Notes under the pieces: model-generated | The model's input: the letters and a program-made list of their open reading frames with translations, nothing else | The model's database searches: none | Told to the model about the DNA's origin: nothing | Translations under genes and position numbers: made by a program | Assembly (NCBI RefSeq): GCF_905233635.1 | Contig: NZ_CAJODG010000036.1 | Location: 875-64,874 of the forward strand | Origin: Selenomonas sp. AE3005 | GTDB lineage: Bacteria; Bacillota; Negativicutes; Selenomonadales; Selenomonadaceae | Reading direction: 5' to 3' | Length of the DNA: 64,000 nucleotides | Shown: positions 1 to 10,035 of the stretch, piece by piece | Numbering within the stretch: position 1 is the stretch's first letter | Layout of the letters: each line of letters opens with the position of its first letter

Positions 1-698
1 GCTATTACTCTACAGATAGATGTTATATCAATGATATGATTCATAGAACCTATGTATGCAAATCGAATAACATCATCATTCTTTTTCCTATTTATAATAT
101 CAAGGACTAACTTTCTTTCATGATCACTCTGCTCTTTAAAAAGATATAATGTGGCGGTCTTTGCGGGATTCAATACGTGACTTAGCTTTTCCCTATAGAG
201 GTTACATTCTGTAAAGACATAATCAGCATTTTTTATGGCATTGTCCCGCCATTTCATCCAATGATTCATAAATTGCTTCACAAAAGGAAATCCATTTATT
301 CTTTTTGTAGGCATTGACTCAGGCCACATATCTATTATATCAATAATAAATATCACTTTAGGATTTCTTTTTTTATAAGAGGAACAATAATCCACCACTT
401 TATTAGGCGGAACTAAACAATAAATAATATCTGGCTTGTATTTTTCAATATACGTCTTACTTTGTCTTGCAAACGAAAAATGTGAAATAATTCTTTTAAG
501 TGATATATTCTTTTTATATATTGGTACATGAAAATAAGTACATGGTTCGTGAAATTTATTGTATCTTTGTTTCTTTGTATGATTAAAATCAGACAATAGA
601 ACTTTTACTTCATATCCTTTATCCAGTAATGAATTTCTAACAGGTTTTAATCTCTTTTCATACCAATCAAAACAGCTAATCAATACTGCTTTTTTCAA
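1..698 (-). CDS. Glycosyltransferase, probably GT4 family (3' end runs off the window)
   Basis: Not in the ORF track; read by hand. RBS AAGGAG, TTG start at 698, open to base 1: MKKAVLISCFDWYEKRL...KPDIIYCLVPPN...IIDIIDMWPESMP...RFAYIGSM. The D-x-WPES and YIGS motifs are typical of GT4-like polysaccharide transferases. Confidence 0.75.
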   Translation of the reverse strand, partial: MKKAVLISCFDWYEKRLKPVRNSLLDKGYEVKVLLSDFNHTKKQRYNKFHEPCTYFHVPIYKKNISLKRIISHFSFARQSKTYIEKYKPDIIYCLVPPNKVVDYCSSYKKRNPKVIFIIDIIDMWPESMPTKRINGFPFVKQFMNHWMKWRDNAIKNADYVFTECNLYREKLSHVLNPAKTATLYLFKEQSDHERKLVLDIINRKKNDDVIRFAYIGSMNHIIDITSICRVI

Positions 699-787
699 TA
701 TTATTATCTCCTTATGTCTATAAATTATAGATACCCTATCGATATTCAGTATGGGTATAATATAGATATAAATATTGTATTATATAT

Positions 788-2008
788 TTAAAAAGAACAT
801 ATATAATCATGTCTTAGAATATCTTCACCTCGGTTATCAATGATTTTTATCTTGTCACTTACTATACGATCTATTTTTCTCGCATCATCAATAGTTGATG
901 TAATAATAGTATAATATGCTATACGAGCACTGCTGCTATTCACGTTTAAACAATTAAACCCCTTAGGTTTTAATTGGAAATACTCGTCAATAATGCCTTG
1001 TTTCTTCATCTCTTCAAAATTTTCAATATGATCAAAAATACCTGGCTTAACATACAAAAATTCATTTATAATATGCTTAGATAATTGATACGGAACAACA
1101 TGAGGTTTTTGTCCCATAGTCAAATCTACCACTGCTTTTATCACATCAAAATTAGAAGCTTGTTTAATTAATCTAAATTTATCCCCTCCACCAGTACGTG
1201 CACAGAATTCAACCACAGAAACATTATCACCATCTGTAATCATCTGTACTAACATAGGAGAGTTTTTTAAACCGAACGCTTCAGCAATCTGATTGGAAAT
1301 TGTTGCTATCTTCTCTTTTACTGCATCAGATATTTGTGCTGGATACCTCGTACGACATATAATAAACTTATCGTTATCAGGTAATTTATCTATGGATGAA
1401 ATACAAAGAACATGGGCCATTCCATCTTCAACATATACATCTATTGTTATCTCTTCACCTGCAACAAATTCCTCAATGATAGCAGTTCTAGTACGACTAA
1501 TCTCCAATGCATCTATAAATGCATCTCTTAACTCACATATATTAAATACTTTTCTAACACCACGTGAACTATATGCATCTACCGGTTTAACTACAAGGGG
1601 ATACCGTAGTTCTTTTATTTTTTCCTCATCAAGCTGTTCCATAACAAAATACTTGGAGGTGGGAATTCCATTATTAATAAAATGCTGTTTCATTAATTCT
1701 TTGTTTGAAACATTCTTAGCTGTTTCATAGCTAATATAGCAAGGTAAACTAAGCTCTTCTGAGACATGAGCTTGAACTAGAAGAACTTGATCCGCACATG
1801 CGGTAAGAACCATATCTACTTTTTCATCAACCGCAAGCTTTTTTACTGCTTCGTAATCCAAAACTGATATGGGGAAAAATTCATCTGCGTATTGTCTTGC
1901 TATTACATTTGGATTCATGTCGGCCAACAGCGTGTAAATTCCACGACTTTTCAATTCCTTAATCAACGCTGCCTGTGGAATACCACCACACAATACTAAT
2001 GCTTTCAT
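788..2008 (-). CDS. ATP-grasp domain ligase
   Basis: Motifs NKELMK, VVKPVDAYSSRGV, IIEEFVAGEEITID, VEFCARTGG; RBS GAGGT upstream. Confidence 0.85.
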   Translation of the reverse strand: MKALVLCGGIPQAALIKELKSRGIYTLLADMNPNVIARQYADEFFPISVLDYEAVKKLAVDEKVDMVLTACADQVLLVQAHVSEELSLPCYISYETAKNVSNKELMKQHFINNGIPTSKYFVMEQLDEEKIKELRYPLVVKPVDAYSSRGVRKVFNICELRDAFIDALEISRTRTAIIEEFVAGEEITIDVYVEDGMAHVLCISSIDKLPDNDKFIICRTRYPAQISDAVKEKIATISNQIAEAFGLKNSPMLVQMITDGDNVSVVEFCARTGGGDKFRLIKQASNFDVIKAVVDLTMGQKPHVVPYQLSKHIINEFLYVKPGIFDHIENFEEMKKQGIIDEYFQLKPKGFNCLNVNSSSARIAYYTIITSTIDDARKIDRIVSDKIKIIDNRGEDILRHDYICSF

Positions 2009-2017
2009 AAGATACCT

Positions 2018-2656
2018 CTACTTCAAACGATCATTACTAGAAAAATAGTCATTGATTGTTCCCGAATCTTGAAACTCTATTCCTTCACGAACAAATATTT
2101 TTTTTATTGTAAAGAAAAAAATCATAATATCCAAAAGAAAAGAAATATTATCCACATATTCAACATCCTTTTTGAATCTTTCTTTCCAAGAAGCAGCATT
2201 TCTTCCACTAATCTGTGCTAAACCAGTAAGTCCAGGTCTCACTTCATGTCTACGCTTTTCAAAGTCGTTATATTTATCAAGATAATTCACCAATAGGGGT
2301 CTTGGTCCAATCAAGCTCATATCCCCCTTAATAATATTAAAAAGTTCTGGCAATTCATCAAGACTAGTTGATCTAAGAATTCTACCAAATACATTTAATC
2401 TATCTTTATCTGGAAGCAAATTACCATTACTGTCAGTTGCATCACTCATGGATCTAAACTTATACATTTTAAAAATCTTTCCATCCTTACCAGGACGATC
2501 CTGCGAAAATATTACCGGAGATCCTAGGTTTAATCTAACTAAGAATGCAAGCATAATATAAACCCACCAAAAGAGAAAGAATATCAAAATAGACATAATA
2601 ATATCAAGCAATCTTTTGATGCTACTAGAATAAAAGCTCTTGTTGCCTGCGGACAT
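2018..2656 (-). CDS. Initiating sugar-phosphate transferase (PglC/WcaJ-like bacterial sugar transferase)
   Basis: KRLLDI, FKMYKFRSM, SLDELPELFNIIKGDMSLIGPRP, RPGLTGLAQ. Start placed at ATG 2656 after RBS AGGAG. Confidence 0.92.
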   Translation of the reverse strand: MSAGNKSFYSSSIKRLLDIIMSILIFFLFWWVYIMLAFLVRLNLGSPVIFSQDRPGKDGKIFKMYKFRSMSDATDSNGNLLPDKDRLNVFGRILRSTSLDELPELFNIIKGDMSLIGPRPLLVNYLDKYNDFEKRRHEVRPGLTGLAQISGRNAASWKERFKKDVEYVDNISFLLDIMIFFFTIKKIFVREGIEFQDSGTINDYFSSNDRLK

Positions 2657-2723
2657 GATATTTTCTCCTATCTTCAATACACAAAATGACAATATAACTA
2701 TACATACAAATATATTTTAAAAC

Positions 2724-4622
2724 TTATATAGTTTTAAAATATTTATTTTTCAAAATATACTTTGCGCTCGGCAGATTGCTCACGCATCGATTTATACGGG
2801 AATCATTAGCTACAAGTACACCATGATCACACAGAACAACACTGCCATTAGTCATCTTTGTTTCCCATGACTTAGCATGGATAAATTCTTCAGAATTAGA
2901 CCATAAATCGGGTACTGGTAACCAACCAGCAACAAATGCTATATATAATCCATCCGGACTATACAGATTGGGAATTGTTTCCTCCATAGCTCTGATAATT
3001 TTACGGCAAGCAACCTCGAGGTCATACTGTCTTTTCATAATATCATCCGTCATAACTTTGGATGTAATTCCTTGTTTTTTTAATCGTCTATACTCATTTA
3101 GAGATTGCCTCGTAATCTTAATACTATCATTCAAAATATCTGGTGTAGCAAGAAAAATCGCTTCTGAATAACTTACAACATGAATAATTTCTGGGCTCAT
3201 CTCATTCTTAGGGTCTATATCATCCATTAATGCTGTCACAGCAGCTAACTGCACCTTAGACATTTCAAGATTTGGTTTAAAGTAATCAAGGCCAGCTCTT
3301 GTCTGAAGGATAACTCTAAAGTTATCATCTTCCAACTCCTTAACAAGTTTTAACAATGTTCTGCTTTTTGCTAAATCTTGAATCCCCCATGTGTTACGTG
3401 GTGTGTTTAGCATATTTTGCAGTACAAAAGTTTTCGTTCCATATTTTTTAGCCACTTTTGCTGCAAGAAAACCAGAAACTATATAGGTTACGTCATCGGC
3501 ACCTCGAAAAGCAAAATGATGGGGAACATTTGTTTCCACCGGTTTCCCTGTAGTCGATATCCATTTGATCGTTTCTAGATGTTCTTTCAAGTTATCATAT
3601 AGAGTATTGGGCCCTCTGCCATCCAGCTCGTTGAACCACCAAAGCGACAAAGCATGCCAAGAAATATTTAGATAGCGTTCATAAACTTCTGCAAGTTTTT
3701 GAATGTTCTTAGTTCCAGAATAAGTTCTAACAAGCATCGGTCTCGAAGCATGCCATATGTTAGAATATTCAATTTCCGAATTAATTGGAACACCGCCTCC
3801 ATTAGGTTTGCTTTCCCAATTCTCTCCGAAATTCGATTGGGAAAGTTGTGAAGAACCAATCGACAGAACATCTAAATATCCTGATTTTCCTAAAATGCGA
3901 CACCATCTATAGAACTCATCTAACATTTCTTTTCTGCTCATAGTGTCTGAATATGGACCAGAATGAGCTCGAATTATAGGCTGAAAACCTCCTTTGAAGT
4001 TGTTATCTAATCTAAGTTCAAGAGTATCATTTATTGTTCCAAATTCAGGATAAAGATTATGCTCATAAGCTTTTATATATTTATAATCCCCCGATTTAAT
4101 AATGTTTTTTCCAAACTTTTCTAATTCATTATCATATTGACATCCATTTTTAATTGATTGTGGGATTGCATAAAAAGGAACCCCTAGAACAAGAAGTGTT
4201 TCTTCGATTGATTCCCCACCACGAAAAGTTGATATCCTTCCGTGGTACTCCTTATCGATTATTTCACATGCTGGAGGTAATCCTGCAAAAAAAACATGTT
4301 TTACTTTCGATTCATGACTTCCATAATACCCTCTACTTTTTAACAAATATACTAATCGCCCCATGAGCTCAACTGCATTATCAGGATCAAGACGATATGA
4401 AAATCCTATGCAAGTTATATTATTATCATCAATCCAGTCTAGTATGGTATTCTGGGCACTTTCCATCATTATTCTTTCTATTGCGTATTCCACATTAGAA
4501 GGGGAAATTAACACTCTATAACCGCAATCACTAAGTAATGAAGCTGCAGCATGAATCCCCATAGTATGGACATCTACCAATGTTTTTATAAAACCAAAAG
4601 TATCTTTTTTACTCACTAACAT
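2724..4622 (-). CDS. Cobalamin-binding protein; N-terminal B12-binding domain fused to a glutamate-mutase-E-like barrel
   Basis: D-x-H-x-x-G (DVHTMG, aa 17-22) then Rossmann-like GFSYRL and FAG. The C-terminal part (IQDLAK, IIHVVSYSEAI..T...NDSIKIT) parallels recalled GlmE segments (IQDIAA, VIVKTPHEAIGIPT..N..GIKAT). Confidence 0.7.
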   Translation of the reverse strand: MLVSKKDTFGFIKTLVDVHTMGIHAAASLLSDCGYRVLISPSNVEYAIERIMMESAQNTILDWIDDNNITCIGFSYRLDPDNAVELMGRLVYLLKSRGYYGSHESKVKHVFFAGLPPACEIIDKEYHGRISTFRGGESIEETLLVLGVPFYAIPQSIKNGCQYDNELEKFGKNIIKSGDYKYIKAYEHNLYPEFGTINDTLELRLDNNFKGGFQPIIRAHSGPYSDTMSRKEMLDEFYRWCRILGKSGYLDVLSIGSSQLSQSNFGENWESKPNGGGVPINSEIEYSNIWHASRPMLVRTYSGTKNIQKLAEVYERYLNISWHALSLWWFNELDGRGPNTLYDNLKEHLETIKWISTTGKPVETNVPHHFAFRGADDVTYIVSGFLAAKVAKKYGTKTFVLQNMLNTPRNTWGIQDLAKSRTLLKLVKELEDDNFRVILQTRAGLDYFKPNLEMSKVQLAAVTALMDDIDPKNEMSPEIIHVVSYSEAIFLATPDILNDSIKITRQSLNEYRRLKKQGITSKVMTDDIMKRQYDLEVACRKIIRAMEETIPNLYSPDGLYIAFVAGWLPVPDLWSNSEEFIHAKSWETKMTNGSVVLCDHGVLVANDSRINRCVSNLPSAKYILKNKYFKTI

Positions 4623-4650
4623 TTGTGAACCACACTTTCAAAAGCATCAT

Positions 4651-5715
4651 CTAAAAATACTCACGTAATTTATCTGCAGAAAACCTCCTGCCGAGGCTCC
4701 TGTAATTTTCACCAATTACGGAACAAGCTAAATTGATTATTGTTGTTATATTAGGCGTAGGTATTCCTAGCTCTTTACCCATCGCTTCCACAGGCACTAA
4801 ACCATTAGGAACATCTTCAAAAATATATCTAGTATTGAGTGTTGGGGGCGCATCTATCTCTGTATATGCCTTGTTCGCTCTTATACATTCAAGCAAGTCT
4901 TTTCCTTTTACGAGGTATGTTCTTTCTAGCCATTGCTTGAGAGATTCTACCGGGAACCCCCCAGCCTGTGCTACAGATTGTCGTTCAGCATCAATTTTTT
5001 CTAGCAAATATGCTACGGAATGAGAAATACCATCATAATAATATTTAAAATCTACCTTTTCACTTTCAATCCATCCAACATTCATCATTACGGGCGCACA
5101 ATGCAGAACCATTCCAATATTTGAGAGCGAAGTCAATGCCACTGAATTCACCGGGGTGAAATAATTTCTTAAACACCGTGGCATTTTTTTGAGAATATAC
5201 TCCATATTCGCCCCCTTGATTGCAGCAATATTTACATCGTTTTTTAAAGCTAAAATACTGGTACTATTAGGACCAACTTTGCGACATGTATATACTATGG
5301 TTTGTGTTTCAGCAATTTGTGGAAGTTGTTCTAGACCTTCTTTTTTTAATTCTTCAGCAAATTCTATTGCTCCGAAAGTTCTGCCCGGATTCAACACAAC
5401 AACCGTATTAGCACTAACATATGGTGCTAGTAATTTTGCAATATCCTTATGTGCATTACTCGGCGTAGTGACCATAACGAAATCAGAAAATACGTCTGCA
5501 ATATTGGCTGAAACTTTGCTAATTTTTGCAACACCATGAACAACTCCAGAGCAGTGTATAACCCCTGTATCAATAATTTCTTGAATATTATTTTGACTGC
5601 GATTCCACAAATTTACTTTTATCCCATTAAGTGCAAGATGTGCCGCCATGGAAAGCCCTTGATGACCAGCTCCACAGACAAATACTTTTTGCGAAGATGA
5701 ATTATCTACCTTCAA
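4651..5715 (-). CDS. NAD(P)-dependent opine (octopine/nopaline-family) dehydrogenase
   Basis: GAGHQG Rossmann motif, LNPGRTFGA, AETQT, LHCAP, YYDG, RYIFEDVPNGLVP. Confidence 0.88.
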   Translation of the reverse strand: MKVDNSSSQKVFVCGAGHQGLSMAAHLALNGIKVNLWNRSQNNIQEIIDTGVIHCSGVVHGVAKISKVSANIADVFSDFVMVTTPSNAHKDIAKLLAPYVSANTVVVLNPGRTFGAIEFAEELKKEGLEQLPQIAETQTIVYTCRKVGPNSTSILALKNDVNIAAIKGANMEYILKKMPRCLRNYFTPVNSVALTSLSNIGMVLHCAPVMMNVGWIESEKVDFKYYYDGISHSVAYLLEKIDAERQSVAQAGGFPVESLKQWLERTYLVKGKDLLECIRANKAYTEIDAPPTLNTRYIFEDVPNGLVPVEAMGKELGIPTPNITTIINLACSVIGENYRSLGRRFSADKLREYF

Positions 5716-5734
5716 TTTATTTTTAAAATCCTTT

Positions 5735-6992
5735 CTAACTTACAGATGTTACCCGAAAACATTCCTTTATTACTCTTATAACTATTTCTTGCTGCTCAGC
5801 AGTCATTTTGTTATCACTGGGCAGGCAGAGGCCTCGCTGGAATATATCTGCACCTACGTCAATGCCTGTACCTGCTATATAGGCATTGTGTGATAAAGGC
5901 ATTTGTGCGATAGATTGGCTGCATATGCATAGGTTTCCAGATAGGACGGCCTTCGGCGTTGATGGCAGCCAGTGCGTCCAGTATTTCCTGGGGCGAACTT
6001 TTACCGTTTTCGTATTTGTAGAGATAATCCTGCTCTCCTCTGACCTGCGGAGCCATGGCGTCTTTGTCGATTATCAGGCAGGAAAGCCAGAAGTTTGGCT
6101 GGCTGTTTTCTTTATCAAAGGGATTCATTTTGACGGGTAAATCTGCCAGCCCCTGTTCATAGCGTTCATAAATTGCTTTCTTTTGCGCAATATGTTCAGC
6201 GAGATAGGGAATCTGGCCACGGACAATGCCGGCAACAATATTGCTCATGCGGTAGTTGTAGCCGATTTCTTCATGCTGGTACCATGGTGCAGCCTCACGG
6301 CTCTGGGTTGACCATTTTCTCACCTTGTCGGCGTCTTCCTTACTGTTGGTCAAGAACATGCCCCCGGAGGAACCGGTGATAATTTTGTTGCCATTGAAAC
6401 TTATGGCGTTAAAATCGCCCAGGTTGCCGGTTTCTACCCATTTACCGTTGAGCTTGTATTTAGCGCCTAAGGATTCGGCAGCATCTTCGACCATAAGTGC
6501 ATCATGTTTGTCGCAGATTTCTTTTATCTGCTGCATTTTACCGGGAGTGCCGTAGAGATGCGCCACTATTACCAATTTTACGTCCGGGTACATGGCAAAT
6601 GCTTTTTCCAAGGCCTCCGGGCACATATTCCAGGTGTCATATTCGGTGTCAATAAATACAGCCTCGCCGTCTTCGTAGGCTACAGGGTTGATACTGGCAT
6701 CGAAGGTACAATCAGAACAAAATACTTTATGCCCCTGCAAGGTGCCGGCATTTGGTCTTGCTTGTCCGTAGAGTTTTTCACCGGCAAGTTTTGTAGCTAA
6801 ATGCAGGGCTGCTGTGCCTGCTGACAAAGCTACGGCATATTTACAGCCGACGTAGGTGGCTATCTGTTCTTCGATGGCATTTATATTGGCACCTACGGTA
6901 GATACCCAGTTTGTGAGGATAGCCTCGTCTACCCATTTCTGCTCATCGCCGTGCATGGTGGGAGAGGATAGCCAGATTTTATCGTTACTCAT
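5735..6992 (-). pseudogene. DegT/DnrJ/EryC1/StrS sugar aminotransferase (PglE-like), frameshifted near the 3' end
   Basis: EDAAESLG and SFNGNKIIT (PLP lysine), GYNYRMSN. The main frame stops at 5859. The expected tail DIFQRGLCLPSDNKMT..QQ..VI is in another frame from ~5887 to TAG at 5735. Confidence 0.8.
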
Positions 6993-7014
6993 TGACTAAG
7001 TGCCTTCTTTCGTC

Positions 7015-8844
7015 TCAGCTTTCCAACTGTTTGCTTTTATAGGTTGGAATCATATGTTTCAACGTCTTTAGGATTACCTGTTTGTCGTTTGTATCTTTGA
7101 GTGTCTGCAGGCTTTGCTGCAGGTCGTTTTCGTCCAAGGGCTGGATTTGTGCCTTGAAGATCTTCTTGTGCTTGGTGCTCGTCGTGCCTTCCTCGCTGGT
7201 GAGTAGTTCTTCGTAGAGCTTTTCACCGGGACGCAGGCCGGTGTAGATGATTTTTATGTCTTTATCCGGCGTAAGGCCGTGCAGTCTTATAAGGTCTTCG
7301 GCCATGTCCTTGATTTTTACCGGCTTGCCCATATCAAAGAGGAATACTTCGCCGCCTTCGGCCTGGCTGCCGGATTGGAGGACTAGCTGCACCGCCTCAG
7401 GGATGGTCATAAAGAAACGTGTCATTTCTTTGTCAGTGACGGTTACCGGGCCGCCGGCGGCAATCTGTTTTTCAAAGAGTGGTACTACACTGCCGCGGCT
7501 GCCGAGAACGTTGCCGAATCTTACCGTGACGAACTTGGTATTGCTGCGTTGGTTGATTTCCTGCAGGACAAGTTCTGCCGTACGCTTGGTTGCGCCCATG
7601 ACACTGGTGGGATTTACGGCTTTGTCGGTGGATATCAGCACAAAGATTTCAGCATGGTTTGCGTCTGCCAGTTCGGCTACATTCTGCGTGCCGAATACGT
7701 TGTTTTTTACAGCCTCATCCGGCTGAATTTCCATTAAGGGTACGTGCTTATGAGCTGCGGCATGGAATACTACTTGTGGGTGGAACAGTTTAAATACTTT
7801 GGCCATACGGTCTTTATCGGTGATGTTGGCAATAACCGTATGGTAGTTTTGTTCCGGGAATTTACGCTTAAGCTCCTGGTGTATTTCGTAAATGCTGTTT
7901 TCGCCACGGCCAAGGAGGATGATCTCCTTGGCACCAACCCTGCTGATTTGACGGCTAATTTCGGAACCAATGGAACCGCCGGCACCAGTTATAAGTACTG
8001 TTTTACCGGCTATATAACTGGTGATTTTTTCAAAATCCAGCTGAATGGGATCACGGCGTAGCAGGTCTTCCAGGCGTATCTCGCGCATTTCGCCCATATC
8101 GAGCTCGCCGTTTACCATGCTGTAGATACCGGGCATAATGCAGACCTGTGCCCCTGTGGAGTGGCAGGCGTTATCGATATGGCGGATGGTATCGCCATCT
8201 GCTGACGGAATAGCGATTACTATTTTGTCGACCGACTTGGCCCTAACAATTGGTGCCAGTTCTTCTACCGTACCCAGAATAGGGAATCCAGCCAGGCGGC
8301 CATTCTTTTTCTTGGGATCATCGTCTACAAAACCAACGATGTTTGTAGTGGCGACGCTGTTCTGCTCCAGTTCACGTACCAGCATCGCCCCGGCATCGCC
8401 AGCACCAACAATCAGGAGATTTTGACGGTCACCATTGGATTCTGTGACTAAATCCAGATTTACCTTAAACATCAGGCGGCTGGCACCAATCCCTCCCAGG
8501 GTTAAAATCCAGGTCAAAATGGGAATACTGCGCGGCATATAGATGCCTGTCATTACAATGACAATAAAAACCAGGGCCTGCGATAAGGTAACGGCCCCGA
8601 TAAGTGCCACCAGGTCGCGCATACGGGCATAGTGCCAGATACGATGGTACATGCCATAGAAATAGAAGATGGCAATACCGGCAATGACTATCCACGGAAT
8701 ACACTCCTGGACACTTGCCAGTTCTCTTGCCGGTAATTTACCCTCAAAACGCAGTAAAAGCGCAAATATCGGTGCTATTGCCAGGATAATTGCGTCTATC
8801 AATATCAATTTGAACTTATCACGCAATGCTTGGAAAAGACTCAC
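7015..8844 (-). CDS. Membrane-bound NDP-sugar 4,6-dehydratase (PglF/CapD-like)
   Basis: N-terminal TM helices, GAGDAG, TGAGGSIGSE, HAAAHKHVP, STDKAVNPTSVMGATK, RFGNVLGSRGSV, GLRPGEKLYEEL. Confidence 0.93.
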   Translation of the reverse strand: MSLFQALRDKFKLILIDAIILAIAPIFALLLRFEGKLPARELASVQECIPWIVIAGIAIFYFYGMYHRIWHYARMRDLVALIGAVTLSQALVFIVIVMTGIYMPRSIPILTWILTLGGIGASRLMFKVNLDLVTESNGDRQNLLIVGAGDAGAMLVRELEQNSVATTNIVGFVDDDPKKKNGRLAGFPILGTVEELAPIVRAKSVDKIVIAIPSADGDTIRHIDNACHSTGAQVCIMPGIYSMVNGELDMGEMREIRLEDLLRRDPIQLDFEKITSYIAGKTVLITGAGGSIGSEISRQISRVGAKEIILLGRGENSIYEIHQELKRKFPEQNYHTVIANITDKDRMAKVFKLFHPQVVFHAAAHKHVPLMEIQPDEAVKNNVFGTQNVAELADANHAEIFVLISTDKAVNPTSVMGATKRTAELVLQEINQRSNTKFVTVRFGNVLGSRGSVVPLFEKQIAAGGPVTVTDKEMTRFFMTIPEAVQLVLQSGSQAEGGEVFLFDMGKPVKIKDMAEDLIRLHGLTPDKDIKIIYTGLRPGEKLYEELLTSEEGTTSTKHKKIFKAQIQPLDENDLQQSLQTLKDTNDKQVILKTLKHMIPTYKSKQLES

Positions 8845-8864
8845 AGTGCTTACTTCCTTTTCAC

Positions 8865-9032
8865 TTATTTTTCAGTCTTCATATTGCTCAGAGCATATTC
8901 ACAGCATTGCCGTACAAGATTATTCACGGATACCTTTTCTTTTTCTGCCACTTTGTTGAGTTCTTCCAGCAGACTCAGCGGCATTCTGAATGTTTTATTT
9001 ATCATTTCTTCTGTCTGACGCACTTTGAACAT
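8865..9032 (-). CDS. Small ribbon-helix-helix (CopG/Arc-like) DNA-binding protein, 55 aa
   Basis: Not in the ORF track. RBS AAGGAG, ATG 9032: MFKVRQTEEMINKTFRMPLSLLEELNKVAEKEKVSVNNLVRQCCEYALSNMKTEK. Beta-strand KTFRMP then two helices, an RHH pattern. Confidence 0.75.
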   Translation of the reverse strand: MFKVRQTEEMINKTFRMPLSLLEELNKVAEKEKVSVNNLVRQCCEYALSNMKTEK

Positions 9033-9066
9033 GCTATTTCTCCTTTATATTGCACTGCAACTTTTG

Positions 9067-9243
9067 TCAAAAAGTATACGTTTTGAAACAACTAACTAAC
9101 AAGGAACATTATAGCAAATGACTTCTGCAATGTCTATTTTTTTACAAAAAATATATAGGAACATAACTTTTTGAGACAAAAATGTCAATATTTTTAATTG
9201 GATAAAATGTAATTTACAGCTTCCCAAAACGTATACTTTTTGA
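9067..9243. repeat. Putative invertible promoter segment bounded by perfect 19-bp inverted repeats
   Basis: TCAAAAAGTATACGTTTTG (9067-9085) and its exact reverse complement CAAAACGTATACTTTTTGA (9225-9243), next to a serine recombinase gene. Confidence 0.85.
9108..9136 (-). promoter_or_regulatory. Sigma70/A promoter inside the invertible segment, facing the polysaccharide operon
   Basis: TAGACA (9136-9131), 17 nt, TATAAT (9113-9108) with extended TGn. A second candidate TTGACA (9188-9183)-17-TATGTT has the same orientation. Confidence 0.75.
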
Positions 9244-9257
9244 AACCATATAGATAA

Positions 9258-9300
9258 AACCGAGCGCCCTTGCGAAATACATTAGCAAGGGCGCTCGGTT
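9258..9300. terminator. Intrinsic terminator between the recombinase and the invertible segment
   Basis: 16-bp perfect stem AACCGAGCGCCCTTGC / GCAAGGGCGCTCGGTT. Confidence 0.8.
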
Positions 9301-9301
9301 G

Positions 9302-9898
<597 letters not shown>

Positions 9899-10035
9899 TT
9901 ATCCTCCCTATGAATATTTATATTTTCATCCCTATTTATATACATAAGTCATAAGGCGGAAAATCAACCATATTTTTTGCAAAAAAAAGAACGCCATCAC
10001 ATAGATGACGTCTTTTGTCGTGCATATTATACAGA

